NCBI GenBank assembly: GCA_938031185.1 | Contig: CALHGX010000009.1 | Span: 106,837 to 170,836 of the forward strand | Source: an uncultured bacterium | GTDB lineage: Bacteria; Verrucomicrobiota; Kiritimatiellia; CAIKKV01; CALHGX01 | DNA length: 64,000 nucleotides | Direction: 5' to 3' | Shown here: piece after piece, positions 36,543 to 47,299 of the stretch | How the letters are laid out: the number at the start of each line of letters is the position of its first letter | Position numbering within the stretch: the first letter of the stretch is position 1 | Program-made: the position numbers and the translations under genes | Notes under the pieces: model-generated | What the model was told of the DNA's origin: nothing | The model's database searches: none | What the model saw: only the letters and a program-made list of their open reading frames with translations

Positions 36543-39500
36543 CACGCCCCGCAACACTTCTTGTACTTCTTGCCGCTGCCGCAAGGACACGGTTCATTGC
36601 GGCCCACCTTGGGCACGTCCCTTCGCACCGGCGAGGCGGCTGCCGCCAGAGCTTCCTCCATCACCGCATCGGCGTCGGCAACCGGCTTGCGTTCTCCCGA
36701 GGCGGCGGCGCCAAAAGCCGTCACTTCCGCATGCACTGCCGTTCGGGGCAACTGGCGCATCATGCGTTGAAAAGCCAGCAGCGAGGTCGAGGCGCGGAAG
36801 ACCTTCGAGGCCACATCCTCGCGGATGTCCTCCATCAGCGTGGCGAACATCTCAAAGGCCTCGCGCTTGTATTCCACCAGCGGATCGCGCTGCCCATAAG
36901 CCCGCAGACCCACGCCTTGCCGCAGAGCGTCCATGCTGCGCAAATAGTCCTGCCAGTACGTATCAATGGCTTGCAGCAAGAGCTGCCGCTCCATCGCGGC
37001 TACCGCCGCGGGATCCTCTCGCCGCATGCGGTCCTCATAGGCCTGGCGCACCCGCTGCATCACCAAATCCACTATCGGCTCCGCGTCCTTTACTAGTGGG
37101 CCAATCTCTTCGCGCCGCAGCGGAATGGGGAAACACCCCTGCGCCCATGACACAAAGGCGGCCACGGCGTCTTCATGCCCCTTGCCCACCACCGTTTCGG
37201 CATGGGCGCGAATCACTTCCTCCAGCACGACGTAGAGTTCTTCGCGCGGGTTTTCCGCCCGCACGATCCGGCCGCGAAAACCGTAGATTACCTCCCGCTG
37301 CCGGTTCATGACGTCGTCGTACTGCAGCGTGCGCTTGCGAATGGAAAAATTCTGCTGCTCCACCCGGCGCTGCGCCGTTTCAATCGAGCGGTTGAGCCAG
37401 CGGTGCTCCAGCACCTCGCCTTCTTCCAGCCCCAGCCGTTCCATGATGCCCGCGATGCGATCCGAACCGAAAAGCCGCATCAGGTCGTCTTCGAGCGAGA
37501 CGTAGAACCGCGAGGAGCCCGGATCGCCCTGCCGGGCGCAGCGCCCGCGCAACTGGCGGTCAATGCGTCGCGCCTCGTGGCGCTCCGAACCGATGACGTG
37601 CAACCCGCAGGGGCGCTCCAGCAACTGTTCCCGAAGCGTTTTCCCATTCAGCCGATCTTCCAGCCGCAGGCCGGACTCGATCACAGCGCGATCGAGCCAG
37701 ACAACGCCGGGCCCGAGTTTGATGTCCGTTCCGCGGCCTGCCATGTTGGTGGCGATGGTAACGGCGCCGGCCTGCCCCGCGCGCGCCACAATGTCCGCCT
37801 CCTTCTCGTGGTTCTTGGCGTTGAGCACGTTGTGGGGGATGCGGGCGCGCGACAGCATCCTGCTCAGCAGTTCGGAGGTCTCCACGGACACCGTGCCGAC
37901 CAGCACGGGCTGCCCCCGCGCATGACATTCCGTGATTTCCTCAATGAGTGCCTTGTATTTCTCGCGCTGCGTCTTGAATACCAGGTCGTTCGCGTCCACC
38001 CGCCGGACCGGGCGGTTCGTCGGAATCACCACCACATCCAGCTTGTAGATCTGGTGAAACTCGTCCGCCTCGGTTTCCGCCGTGCCGGTCATGCCGGCCA
38101 GCTTCTTGTACATGCGGAAGTAGTTCTGAATCGTAATGGTGGCCAGCGTCTGCGTTTCGCGCTCGATCTTGACCCCTTCCTTGGCCTCCACGGCTTGATG
38201 CAGCCCGTCGCTCCATCGCCGTCCGGGCAGGATTCGACCCGTGAATTCGTCCACGATAAGGACCTGGTTATTCTGGACCACGTACTCGACGTCGCGCTCA
38301 TAGAGGCAATAAGCCCGAATGAGCTGATCTACATTATGGATGCGTTCGCTGCGCGTCCGGAACACCTCCTGGATGTGTTCCCGCCGCTGGCGCCGCTCTT
38401 CCTCCGGAAAGTCTTGCCCGTCCAGTTCGGCCATGGCGCCCACTAGGTCCGGCAGCACATAAGCCTCCGGATCGTTCGGGCTCATCTCCGCGCACCCCTT
38501 CTCCGTCAGGCTCGCCTCATGGCCCTTCTCGTCAATGTTGAAATACAGCTCCTCCCGCAGGGCGCGCGCATGATCCCGGTGCATTTCCGTCAACATCATG
38601 TTTTCGGTGCGTTCAAGAATCTTGCGCACCTTCGGGTCTTCGAGCAGGTGCATAAGCTGGCGGTTCTTCGGCATGCCGTGGCGCACCTGGTACAGCTTGA
38701 AGCCGGCCTCTTCCTCCTCGCCTTTGCCCAGCAGCTCGCGCGCCTCCGAGATGATCCGGTTGCAAGTCTCCGCCTGCCGGCGCACCAACCGCTCCACGCG
38801 CGGCTTCAGTTCCTGGTATTGATGCGTGGACACCGGAGCGGGCCCGGAAATAATCAGCGGGGTGCGCGCCTCGTCAATCAGAATGCTGTCAATCTCGTCA
38901 ATGATGGCGTAGTGGTGGCCGCGCTGCACCTGCTCTTCCGGGCGGTAGGCCATGCCATTGTCCCGCAGATAGTCGAAGCCGAACTCGCTGTTGGTGCCGT
39001 AGGTGATGTCCATGCCGTACTGTTCACGTCGCTCTTCCGGCCCCATCTGATTCTGTATGCACCCTACCGTGAGTCCCAGGAATCGGTACACTTGTCCCAT
39101 CCACTGCGCATCGCGCCGAGCTAGATAATCATTCACTGTCACGAGATGGACGTTCTGGCCCGTGAGCGCATTGAGGTACAGCGGCATGGTGGCCACCAGG
39201 GTCTTGCCCTCGCCCGTCGCCATTTCGGCGATCTTGCCCTCGTGAAGCGCAATGCCGCCCATGAGCTGCACATCGAACGGCACCATGTCCCACACCAGCT
39301 CATGGCCGCAAACCACGAACCGCGTTCCGGCCAGCCGCCGACAGGCGTTCTTCACGGCGGCAAACGCCTCGCAGAGCAAATCGTCCAGCGTTTCGCCGTG
39401 CGCCAGCCGATCCTTGAATTCCGCGGTCTTGTTGCGCAACGCCTCCTCCGACAGCGTCTGATACTTCGCTTCCAGCTCGTTGATCCGCGCCACAAGCGGA

Positions 39501-39562
39501 CGCATCCGCCGGATGTCGCGCTGGTTCTTCGTGCCGATGATCTTCTGCAACAACCACTGCAT
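36542..39562 (-). CDS. secA: Preprotein translocase ATPase SecA
   Basis: 1006 aa with DEAD-like motor domains and a C-terminal zinc-binding [14 protein letters not shown] tail. Confidence 0.95.
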   Translation of the reverse strand: MQWLLQKIIGTKNQRDIRRMRPLVARINELEAKYQTLSEEALRNKTAEFKDRLAHGETLDDLLCEAFAAVKNACRRLAGTRFVVCGHELVWDMVPFDVQLMGGIALHEGKIAEMATGEGKTLVATMPLYLNALTGQNVHLVTVNDYLARRDAQWMGQVYRFLGLTVGCIQNQMGPEERREQYGMDITYGTNSEFGFDYLRDNGMAYRPEEQVQRGHHYAIIDEIDSILIDEARTPLIISGPAPVSTHQYQELKPRVERLVRRQAETCNRIISEARELLGKGEEEEAGFKLYQVRHGMPKNRQLMHLLEDPKVRKILERTENMMLTEMHRDHARALREELYFNIDEKGHEASLTEKGCAEMSPNDPEAYVLPDLVGAMAELDGQDFPEEERRQRREHIQEVFRTRSERIHNVDQLIRAYCLYERDVEYVVQNNQVLIVDEFTGRILPGRRWSDGLHQAVEAKEGVKIERETQTLATITIQNYFRMYKKLAGMTGTAETEADEFHQIYKLDVVVIPTNRPVRRVDANDLVFKTQREKYKALIEEITECHARGQPVLVGTVSVETSELLSRMLSRARIPHNVLNAKNHEKEADIVARAGQAGAVTIATNMAGRGTDIKLGPGVVWLDRAVIESGLRLEDRLNGKTLREQLLERPCGLHVIGSERHEARRIDRQLRGRCARQGDPGSSRFYVSLEDDLMRLFGSDRIAGIMERLGLEEGEVLEHRWLNRSIETAQRRVEQQNFSIRKRTLQYDDVMNRQREVIYGFRGRIVRAENPREELYVVLEEVIRAHAETVVGKGHEDAVAAFVSWAQGCFPIPLRREEIGPLVKDAEPIVDLVMQRVRQAYEDRMRREDPAAVAAMERQLLLQAIDTYWQDYLRSMDALRQGVGLRAYGQRDPLVEYKREAFEMFATLMEDIREDVASKVFRASTSLLAFQRMMRQLPRTAVHAEVTAFGAAASGERKPVADADAVMEEALAAAASPVRRDVPKVGRNEPCPCGSGKKYKKCCGA

Positions 39563-39578
39563 GCGTCTTCCCGCCCTT

Positions 39579-40829
39579 CTAGAGGTTGTCCGCCACTGCC
39601 TGCCCGAACTCGCTGCACCGCAGCAGTCGGGCTCCGTCCATCAAGCGCTCAAAATCGTATGTCACGGTCTTGGCGGCGATGGTCTTCTCCATGCCGGCGA
39701 TGATCCGATCGGCGGCTTCGGTCCACCCCATGTACCGGAACATCATTTCCCCCGAAAGGATAAGCGATCCGGGATTGACCTTGTCCTGCCCCGCGTACTT
39801 GGGTGCCGTGCCGTGCGTCGCCTCGAACACGGCCACCCCGGTGTCGTAGTTGATGTTCGCGCCAGGCGCGATGCCGATGCCACCCACGCATGCCGCCAGC
39901 GCATCGCTCAAGTAGTCGCCGTTCAGGTTCATGGTCGCCACGACCGAGTACTCCTGCGGCCGGGTGAGAATCTGCTGGAAAAAGGCGTCGGCAATGACAT
40001 CCTTCACCAACACCTTGCCCGACGGCGCCTTCCAGTCGCAATCCTCCGCCACCGCGGCCACATCGTACAACTCACGGCGCACCAGGTCGTAGCCCCATTG
40101 CTTGAACGCCCCTTCGGTGAATTTCATGATGTTGCCCTTGTGCACAAGGGTCACGCTGGGGCGGCCGTTGGCTGCGGCATATCGCACCGCCGCGCGAATC
40201 AACCGCTCCGACCCCTCGCGCGAGATGGGTTTTACGCCAATGCCGGACGTTCCGGGAAATCGTATTTTCCGCACCCCCATTTCTTTCTCCAGAAACGCGA
40301 TGACCCGCCGGGCTTCGTCCGTTTCGGCCGCCCATTCAATCCCGGCATAGATATCCTCGGTGTTCTCCCGAAACACCACCATGTCTGTCAGTTCCGGGCG
40401 TTTGACCGGCGAGGGTACACCGGGAAACCATCGCACGGGACGCTGGCAAACATACAGGTCAAGTTCCTGCCGCAGCGCCACGTTGATGGAGCGGATGCCG
40501 CCGCCCACAGGCGTCGTCAGCGGCCCCTTGATCGCTACCAGATGATCCCGGATCGCCTCGACGGTTTCCTCGGGCAGCCAGACATCGCGCCCCCACACCG
40601 TATTGGCCTTCTCGCCGGCATACACTTCCATCCACACCACCCGCCGCCGCCCACCATAGGCCTTCATCACGGCCGCGTTCCACACCGTCATCGCCGCCCG
40701 CGTGATGTCCGGCCCGATCCCGTCGCCTTCGATGTAGGGAATGATCGGGCGATCCGGCACCACCAACCGCCCATCCGTCATGGTGATTCGCTCGCCGTCC
40801 AGCGGCGTCTGACTTCGCTTGCCTGTCAT
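39579..40829 (-). CDS. icd: Isocitrate dehydrogenase (NADP-dependent, homodimeric type)
   Basis: Internal start [43 protein letters not shown]..., plus [13 protein letters not shown] and [14 protein letters not shown]. The ORF-table start 41153 overextends into aconitase. Confidence 0.9.
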   Translation of the reverse strand: MTGKRSQTPLDGERITMTDGRLVVPDRPIIPYIEGDGIGPDITRAAMTVWNAAVMKAYGGRRRVVWMEVYAGEKANTVWGRDVWLPEETVEAIRDHLVAIKGPLTTPVGGGIRSINVALRQELDLYVCQRPVRWFPGVPSPVKRPELTDMVVFRENTEDIYAGIEWAAETDEARRVIAFLEKEMGVRKIRFPGTSGIGVKPISREGSERLIRAAVRYAAANGRPSVTLVHKGNIMKFTEGAFKQWGYDLVRRELYDVAAVAEDCDWKAPSGKVLVKDVIADAFFQQILTRPQEYSVVATMNLNGDYLSDALAACVGGIGIAPGANINYDTGVAVFEATHGTAPKYAGQDKVNPGSLILSGEMMFRYMGWTEAADRIIAGMEKTIAAKTVTYDFERLMDGARLLRCSEFGQAVADNL

Positions 40830-42787
40830 GTGTTGTTCGCTCCCTTTTCCCGACCGCCCGCCTTCGTGTAGTTTAACAAACCGCCTGCGAGCACAATGGC
40901 CCGTTGCCGTTCGGTCAAATCCATGCGCAAGCCGATCTCGTCGTCCCCGCATCGCAGCGTCACTCGCGCGGCGCCCGACGCCATCGCCGCCCGCAAGCCT
41001 GGCACACGGCATGGCTGCCCCTGCTGCAACCGGTTGTAGTCGCTCGCGGTTTCGAATGTCAGCGGCACAATCCCCGCATTGATGAGATTGGCGGCGTGAA
41101 TCCGCTCGATGCTCTTGGCCACCACGGCCTTGACGCCTAGGAACATAGGACAAAGCGCAGCATGTTCACGGCTCGATCCCTGTCCGTAAGATTCGCCCGC
41201 CACAATAATGTTGTGCATGCCCGCATCGCGCGCGGCAGCGGCTCGCCGGGCAAAATCCGGATCCACACGCTCAAAAACGTAGGCGGAATAGGCGGGAATG
41301 TTCGAACGATAAATCAGTCGCTTCCCCGCCGGCATGATGTGGTCGGTCGTAATCTTGTCGCCCACTTTGATCGCGATCACGCCGTTCAACTCCTCCGGCA
41401 ACGGCTCGTTGCGCGGAGGCGCGCCAATGTTCGGTCCCCGTATGACTCGTACGCCCGCCGCATCCGCCGGAGGGTAAACCAGCATCGCGTCGTCCACATC
41501 GTACTGCTTCGGCGTCTTCACCCGCGGATGCTTCAAATCGGTTCTGATCAGCGGATCCACGACGCGGCCTTCCACAGCGGCCAGCGCGGCGATTTCCGGG
41601 CTCACCAGATAGACCCGTGCCGACTGGGTGCCCGATCGCCCCTCGAAATTCCGATTCGACGTCCGCAGGGACACCGCATCGGTCGCGGGGGCTAGCGAAT
41701 TGCCGATACAGAAACCGCAGGCGGTCTCGAGCAATCGCGCGCCGGCGGCAAGCCACACCGTAAGGCTGCCGTCTTCCGCCAGCATCTTCATAACCTGCCG
41801 CGACCCGGGTGCGATCCCGAGGCTCACGCTCGGAGGCACATGGCGTCCCTCCAGTATCTTGGTCACAGCTTTCAGGTCCTGATACGAGGAATTGGTGCAT
41901 GACCCGATCAGCACCTGATCCACCTTCATCCCCGCCAGCGAGGCCACCGTCACCACCTGATCCGGCGAATGAGGCGCCGCGGCCAGCGGCTCGATTTCGT
42001 CGAGCTCGATCTCCACTTCCCGATCATAAGATGCATCCGCATCCGCGCGCATCTCTCGCCACTGGGCGCCCCGCCCCTGCGCTTCCATGAACTGCCGCGT
42101 CACCTCGTCGCTGGGAAAAACCGAGGTCGTTACCCCGCATTCGGCGCCCATGTTCGTAATCGTAGCCCGCTCGGGCACTGTCAAGGTCTTGACGCCCGGC
42201 CCGTCGTACTCCAGAACCCATCCCACATTCCCTTTGGTTTTGAACAAACGCAGGACGTGCAAAATGACGTCCTTTGCCGTCGCCCAAGGGCGCAGGCGTC
42301 CTTTGAGAACCACCCGACACACCCGCGGCGCGATCAGGTGGAAGGGGCCTCCGCCCATAGCCACGGCCACATCCAAGCCGCCGGCCCCGATCGCCAGCAT
42401 GCCGATCCCGCCGCCGGTCGGTGTGTGCGAGTCTGAACCGAGCAATGTCTTTCCCGGCACGCCAAATCGCTCCAGATGCACCTGGTGGCATATGCCGTTG
42501 CCCGGACGCGAGAAGATAATCCCGTATTTCGCGGCCACGGTTTGCAGGTACAGGTGATCGTCGGCATTCTCGAATCCCGCCTGTATCGTGTTGTGATCCA
42601 CATAGCTCACCGCCAACTCGTTGCGAACCCGATCCAGCCCCATGGCCTCAAATTGCAGGTACGCCATGGTACCCGTGGCGTCCTGCGTGAGCGTTTGATC
42701 AATACGGATTGCCACCTCCTGCCCGGGCTCCAGCGAGCCGGACACGAGATGTTCAGATAGTATCTTTCCCGTGATATGCCTGCCCAT
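40826..42787 (-). CDS. Aconitase-family hydratase (~650 aa short-form aconitate hydratase)
   Basis: [42 protein letters not shown] (Fe-S ligand cysteines) and a C-terminal swivel domain (SREHAALCP). The stop abuts the icd start. Confidence 0.85.
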   Translation of the reverse strand: MGRHITGKILSEHLVSGSLEPGQEVAIRIDQTLTQDATGTMAYLQFEAMGLDRVRNELAVSYVDHNTIQAGFENADDHLYLQTVAAKYGIIFSRPGNGICHQVHLERFGVPGKTLLGSDSHTPTGGGIGMLAIGAGGLDVAVAMGGGPFHLIAPRVCRVVLKGRLRPWATAKDVILHVLRLFKTKGNVGWVLEYDGPGVKTLTVPERATITNMGAECGVTTSVFPSDEVTRQFMEAQGRGAQWREMRADADASYDREVEIELDEIEPLAAAPHSPDQVVTVASLAGMKVDQVLIGSCTNSSYQDLKAVTKILEGRHVPPSVSLGIAPGSRQVMKMLAEDGSLTVWLAAGARLLETACGFCIGNSLAPATDAVSLRTSNRNFEGRSGTQSARVYLVSPEIAALAAVEGRVVDPLIRTDLKHPRVKTPKQYDVDDAMLVYPPADAAGVRVIRGPNIGAPPRNEPLPEELNGVIAIKVGDKITTDHIMPAGKRLIYRSNIPAYSAYVFERVDPDFARRAAAARDAGMHNIIVAGESYGQGSSREHAALCPMFLGVKAVVAKSIERIHAANLINAGIVPLTFETASDYNRLQQGQPCRVPGLRAAMASGAARVTLRCGDDEIGLRMDLTERQRAIVLAGGLLNYTKAGGREKGANNT

Positions 42788-42979
42788 GGACTGACTCCCT
42801 CACATCGCCAACAAATCGGCGTCGAAGTAAACCACATTTCACCTTATTGGAAAAGGAAATCGCTCTTTCCGCCGCGATATCCCGCCACCCGAAATCTCTC
42901 TCCAATGCAGGCTCTTGTTGCTCAACCACGCGTCAACGCGCACAACCGCATCGTGGTCCTGACTGCTTTATTGCCGGTT

Positions 42980-43013
42980 CTTGACATCCAGGCATACGCC
43001 TTCGGCAGTAAAA
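42980..43013 (+). promoter_or_regulatory. Candidate sigma70-like promoter elements (TTGACA ... TAAAAT) upstream of a small ORF; the spacing is non-canonical (22 nt)
   Basis: TTGACA at 42980-42985 and TAAAAT at 43008-43013, in the 246-nt divergent intergenic region. A GGAGGA RBS sits 7 nt before the ATG at 43034. Confidence 0.25.
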
Positions 43014-43033
43014 TGGGTGCAGGAGGAAAGAAC

Positions 43034-43288
43034 ATGAACCGCTGTTCTCGATCGCCCGAGTTTATCGCCCGCGAACGCGAGGCGCTGGTGGCGGTCCTGG
43101 GAATGGCCCGGCGCCGCCTTGGAAGCCGAAAAGGTCGGCCTGTCAGCCATCGGGAGGCGGAGGACTACTTCATCCGCCATTGCGCCGACCGCTATACGCG
43201 GGTTTTTCGAGCCTGGTACTGCCGGCAACACTGTCCGGCCCGCGAGGCCTGTCAGGCCGCCAAACAACAGGACGCCCGCGCTGGTTGA
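43034..43288 (+). CDS. Small Cys-rich hypothetical protein (84 aa)
   Basis: Strong GGAGGA RBS. MNRCSRSPEFIAREREALVAVLGMARRRL...HCADRYTRVFRAWYCRQHCPAREAC. No family recognised. Confidence 0.4.
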   Translation: MNRCSRSPEFIAREREALVAVLGMARRRLGSRKGRPVSHREAEDYFIRHCADRYTRVFRAWYCRQHCPAREACQAAKQQDARAG

Positions 43289-43312
43289 TGCAGGGCCCTG
43301 TGAAAGGGGGGT

Positions 43313-44998
43313 CTACGGCGGCGCAAGCCGAAAGACCGCCGAGGGGCGCCGGCTGTTAGTCCATACGAAAAGGTATGGCTCATCCAAGTCCGCCTGCCAC
43401 ATGCGCCCCGGCCTTTGCGTCGCCACCCCCTCCACCAGCTCCGCCTCTTCCGGAATACGCCCCCTCCACGGCCGCGCGCAACAGAAAGGCTCTCGCGGAC
43501 TCAGTCCCTGCCGAAGCCACTCGTATCGCACCCGCGAAACAAGCGGACTGCCAAGTTCGTTCAAGACCCGATCCAGCATTCTGAACCGCTCCTCCAGTCC
43601 GGGGCAGTCGGTCAACGCGCCCCGAGAAACCAGCCTCCCACATAACGCCGGCCAGAAACCGTCCAATTCCCTGCTGGCCCGGCTCGTGATCTCCCGCAAA
43701 GCCGGAACGTTGTAGAACCTGTCCACCGCCCGCGAGAGCGCCGCAGCCATTCTCATCTCCTCGAAACTCATGGTGGGCGTCTTCAGCACGGCATAAGGCG
43801 GATCTGGCTGAGCCACAAGCCCCAACGCCGTCGCCTGCCGCGCCAGTGGCGTTCCAGGCAGCAGCTTGACCACTTCCAGTTGTATTTCCGCCGGGCCGAG
43901 CGCCGCGAGGGTTCGCAAGTCCTCATATAACCCCTCCAGCGTGCCCTCCGGCAAACCGGCCATCAGGTCCACATGTAGTTCGACATTTCGTAGTTTCGCC
44001 AAAGCCCGCAACCCCTCCAGCGTCCGCATAGGATCACTTCTGCGGCCCACAGCCCGATACACGGCAGGCGAGAGGCTCTGGACGCCCACCTCAAGATGAA
44101 GAGCGTCTGGCCTGCTTCTCGCCAGTTGCTCCAAAACCGCCGGCGTGAGCCGCGCAGGATCTATCTCCAGATGAAACCGCATATCGGCGTACTCAGTCTC
44201 GAAAAGGCGCAGCCGTTCCACACACCGGCGGGGCGACTCATTGAACGTGCGATCCACAATGCGAACCCCATGAACTCCCAGCCGCCGGATGCCGTCAAGA
44301 TCCTGCCGAACGCGCGTCAGAGGAAACCAGCGGGTGCCGCCGGAAAGGCTGCTGGTACAGAAAGCGCACCGATTACCGCAACCGCGCGACGTCTCCAACT
44401 GCGCGAACGGCTTGCGCCAGCCGGGGCGGTCCGCCGCATAGGGCGAAGGCAGTTGCTCCGGCGGCAACCGCTCGGCCATGCCGCCATCGTGATATCGTTC
44501 GTCCAGCAGAAAGCATGCGCCCGCGATGTCCCGCCACGACTCTTCGTTCCGCCCGGCACGAAGGAGCGCCGGCAGCGCCGCTTCGCCCTCGCCCCGAACC
44601 ACCACGTCCACGCCTTGACCGCGACCAACCAACTCGCGGTTGTCTCCGAGACATTCCAGGCCGCCAATAATCACCCATCCGGTTGGATTCAGAGCTTTCC
44701 ATGCGCGCAGCACTGTCCGCACCAGTTCGCGATTGAAAAGATAAAGCGATGCCAGCAATACGTCCGGCGCCGCTGCCGTGACGCGCTCAAGAACGGCCAC
44801 CGGATCCTCGCGCGAGAGCGCCTCGATGGTCACCCAACTTCGTGCCAAGGGCCCTACGGCGGCCTGCAAACACCAATCTGCCAGGTTGGTGTGCGCGTAA
44901 GAGGCGTTTATCGCCAAGAAGGCTATCCGCCATCTCTTGCCATCAGTCGCCCTATCAATGCCCAAGGATTCCAACACCTTGACAGACTCCCTCTCCAC
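43313..44998 (-). CDS. B12-binding domain radical SAM protein with a C-terminal DUF4080-like extension
   Basis: N-terminal B12-binding-like domain (RIAFLAINASY...VIIGG), CGNRCAFC rSAM motif, then ~200 aa of C-terminal extension. Confidence 0.85.
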   Translation of the reverse strand: MERESVKVLESLGIDRATDGKRWRIAFLAINASYAHTNLADWCLQAAVGPLARSWVTIEALSREDPVAVLERVTAAAPDVLLASLYLFNRELVRTVLRAWKALNPTGWVIIGGLECLGDNRELVGRGQGVDVVVRGEGEAALPALLRAGRNEESWRDIAGACFLLDERYHDGGMAERLPPEQLPSPYAADRPGWRKPFAQLETSRGCGNRCAFCTSSLSGGTRWFPLTRVRQDLDGIRRLGVHGVRIVDRTFNESPRRCVERLRLFETEYADMRFHLEIDPARLTPAVLEQLARSRPDALHLEVGVQSLSPAVYRAVGRRSDPMRTLEGLRALAKLRNVELHVDLMAGLPEGTLEGLYEDLRTLAALGPAEIQLEVVKLLPGTPLARQATALGLVAQPDPPYAVLKTPTMSFEEMRMAAALSRAVDRFYNVPALREITSRASRELDGFWPALCGRLVSRGALTDCPGLEERFRMLDRVLNELGSPLVSRVRYEWLRQGLSPREPFCCARPWRGRIPEEAELVEGVATQRPGRMWQADLDEPYLFVWTNSRRPSAVFRLAPP

Positions 44999-45096
44999 AT
45001 TCAGTATGCCACATTAAAAACACCGCCGCCATCAAGCTCGGGCCTGACGTGGCGACAAGACGCGCTGATGTGTCCGCTCGTTCAAGGAGAGACCGT

Positions 45097-45477
45097 GTGA
45101 CCGCAATTCAACCCGTGCAGACGTCCCACGCACCCGCCGCCATGGGCCCTTATTCCCAAGCCGTGAAGGTCGGCGGCTTCCTCTTCTGCTCCGGGCAGCT
45201 TGGGATTGTTCCCGCCACCGGCCAACTGGCCGAAGGTGTAGAAGCCCAAACCCGTCAGGCTTTGGAAAATCTCTCGCGGGTGCTGAAAGCAGCTGGAACC
45301 GATATGTCCCGCGTGGTCAAGACCACAATCTTTTTACTCAATCTGGCAGATTTCCAACTCGTGAATCAGATATACGGCGCCTTCTTCGTGCAGCCCTTCC
45401 CGGCCCGCAGCACCGTGCAAGTGTCGGCACTGCCCAAGAATGCGCTGGTGGAGATCGAAGCTATCGCCATTCCATGA
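45097..45477 (+). CDS. ridA: RidA/YjgF family reactive-intermediate (enamine/imine) deaminase
   Basis: GTG start at 45097 preceded by an AAGGAGA RBS. ...APAAMGPYSQAVKVGGFLFCSGQLGI...TTIFLLNLADFQLVNQIY...VEIEAIA. Confidence 0.85.
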   Translation: MTAIQPVQTSHAPAAMGPYSQAVKVGGFLFCSGQLGIVPATGQLAEGVEAQTRQALENLSRVLKAAGTDMSRVVKTTIFLLNLADFQLVNQIYGAFFVQPFPARSTVQVSALPKNALVEIEAIAIP

Positions 45478-45484
45478 CGGCATA

Positions 45485-45880
45485 TCATCGCGTGGCCAGA
45501 GGCTGAATTACGCCACGGGATTCGAGCCAAGCGCGCCATTCCGCACAAACAGGCGCCGCGGCGTGGTTTTCCGCAAAAACCCGCCGCATGGTCTCGAAAT
45601 GCCATGCACACAGTGCCAATCCGTCATCCCGGTCATATAACGCCGTCCAAGCCGCCTGATCCTGGAGCCATCGCACTCCGCAAACTGGAACCGACCTCAG
45701 GCCTTGGCGCGAAAAACACCATAATGCCCCGCATGCCGAGCAGACGGCCAGAAGCACCTTGTTGCCCATCATGACGCGTTGAAATCCGGGCAGCTTGCCG
45801 TCGCAGAATAAAAGCCGTCGCACAGGCGTTCCGCACACGGAACAACCAGTGTTCTCCACACCTGTGCCCTCCCCAGTCAT
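45485..45880 (-). CDS. Hypothetical Cys-rich (putative zinc-ribbon) protein
   Basis: 131 aa. CSVCGTPV...FCDG...AVCSACGALWC...CGVRW...CAW contains several CxxC pairs. No family recognised. Confidence 0.45.
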   Translation of the reverse strand: MTGEGTGVENTGCSVCGTPVRRLLFCDGKLPGFQRVMMGNKVLLAVCSACGALWCFSRQGLRSVPVCGVRWLQDQAAWTALYDRDDGLALCAWHFETMRRVFAENHAAAPVCAEWRAWLESRGVIQPLATR

Positions 45881-45981
45881 GCCTTCTGATTATGAGAACG
45901 TTCGCAGGAAGAACAAGAGCAAACCGGCCGTGACACGCCTTCGACCTGCCCGCTCAAGCGTCTTCGGAACCCCGCACCGCT

Positions 45982-47295
45982 TCAGAAGCGCAGCCGCAGC
46001 ACGCCGAACATCTCCAGCCGGTGAAAGTTTTCTGCTTCCGTCGGCGACCATGCGTACAGGTTTCGGCGCCGCTGGTTGTCGAAATCTATGCGAAACAGAT
46101 TCAAGCCAATGGGGCGTCCACTCAACAGCGCGCCGTCCTTGACCAGACTCTTCAAGGGCACTTCAAACTCCACTTCCCATGTGCCGCCAAAAAGAGATCG
46201 ACGCACCCGCGGCGATGTTGGCATGTCCCACGCCGTATCTGACCGGTATGCGCCTCCCTGATACCGCAGACGGTTGTCAAAAATCACACCCCTGGAGTTG
46301 ACCTCAAACTCGTAGTACAGATCATCGTCTAGAGAGGGCTGCAGGTACAACGCCACCACGTCGCCCTGATAAATGGCATCATCCCGAACCTGCCCCGAAG
46401 GCATGTCCCGACGATCCCACACACGGAACTTCACGACCAAATTAGTTTCCTGATTCACCGACAGTTCGGCCCAGGTCCGTTGAGGGGGATGTTGCGTGGC
46501 CGAATTAGGGATCAACTCGAGGCGCACCGGCGCTTCAGCCAGCCCCAGCTCGATTTCTGGCGGATCACGATCCGCCGGCCCAAGCGGAACCCGCGACAGC
46601 GCCGACGTGATCGCCTCGTGAAAAGTCTCGGCAATCACCGCCTGCCCCATCGCGTTCGGATGAACGCCGTCAGGGAACAGATGCGCCTTGTCCTTCAACG
46701 CAGCGTTGACATCCACCACGGGCAGGTCAAAGTCAGTGGCAATCTTCCGCATCATAGGTATGAGCTGGTCTTGCAGCACCTCGGGTTGCAGCCCCCAAGG
46801 GGCCTGAAACATCGGCGGGGGCAGGCCGATGAATATCCGCGGCGGAAGCCTCAGACGACCGAACTGACGGATAAGATCACGATAGTCATCAGCAAAGGCC
46901 GCCCCGTGGGCGATCCAATTCTGCTCCTTCGTATCATTGGTGCCGAGAAGGATGGTCACAAGATGCGGGCGGAAGGCCAAAGCGTTGGTGAAAAGGTCCA
47001 GCTTCCAATACGGATGATCTCCGCCCTTGAGCACTCCGGAATTGCTGCGACCGAAGTTCCGCACCTCATAGGACGATCCAAGCGCCTCTTGGAGCCGCGT
47101 CGGGTAGGCCGTCGGCTGCCGGCTGTGTTCGGTAATGCTGTCCCCCACACAGGCCACCCGAATCCGCGGTCTGTCGCCGGCAGGTTCCGCCGCCTTTGCA
47201 AGGCTGCTCATATACAGGACAAGCCCGACCACTCCGCGCCACACCACCATCGACGCCGGCGTTCGGAGGACACGTCTTTCAAGCCGCCTTCTCAC
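45982..47295 (-). CDS. Secreted SGNH/GDSL hydrolase with a C-terminal CBM9/DOMON-like domain (carbohydrate esterase-like)
   Basis: Signal peptide, GDSIT block I, GTND, DGVHPN block V, and a C-terminal beta-rich ~180-aa domain. Confidence 0.7.
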   Translation of the reverse strand: MRRRLERRVLRTPASMVVWRGVVGLVLYMSSLAKAAEPAGDRPRIRVACVGDSITEHSRQPTAYPTRLQEALGSSYEVRNFGRSNSGVLKGGDHPYWKLDLFTNALAFRPHLVTILLGTNDTKEQNWIAHGAAFADDYRDLIRQFGRLRLPPRIFIGLPPPMFQAPWGLQPEVLQDQLIPMMRKIATDFDLPVVDVNAALKDKAHLFPDGVHPNAMGQAVIAETFHEAITSALSRVPLGPADRDPPEIELGLAEAPVRLELIPNSATQHPPQRTWAELSVNQETNLVVKFRVWDRRDMPSGQVRDDAIYQGDVVALYLQPSLDDDLYYEFEVNSRGVIFDNRLRYQGGAYRSDTAWDMPTSPRVRRSLFGGTWEVEFEVPLKSLVKDGALLSGRPIGLNLFRIDFDNQRRRNLYAWSPTEAENFHRLEMFGVLRLRF

Positions 47296-47299
47296 CGCC

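Noticed and set aside
44096-45100. 334-aa plus-strand ORF
   Set aside because: It is antisense to the DUF4080-type radical SAM gene, and no domain signature is present.
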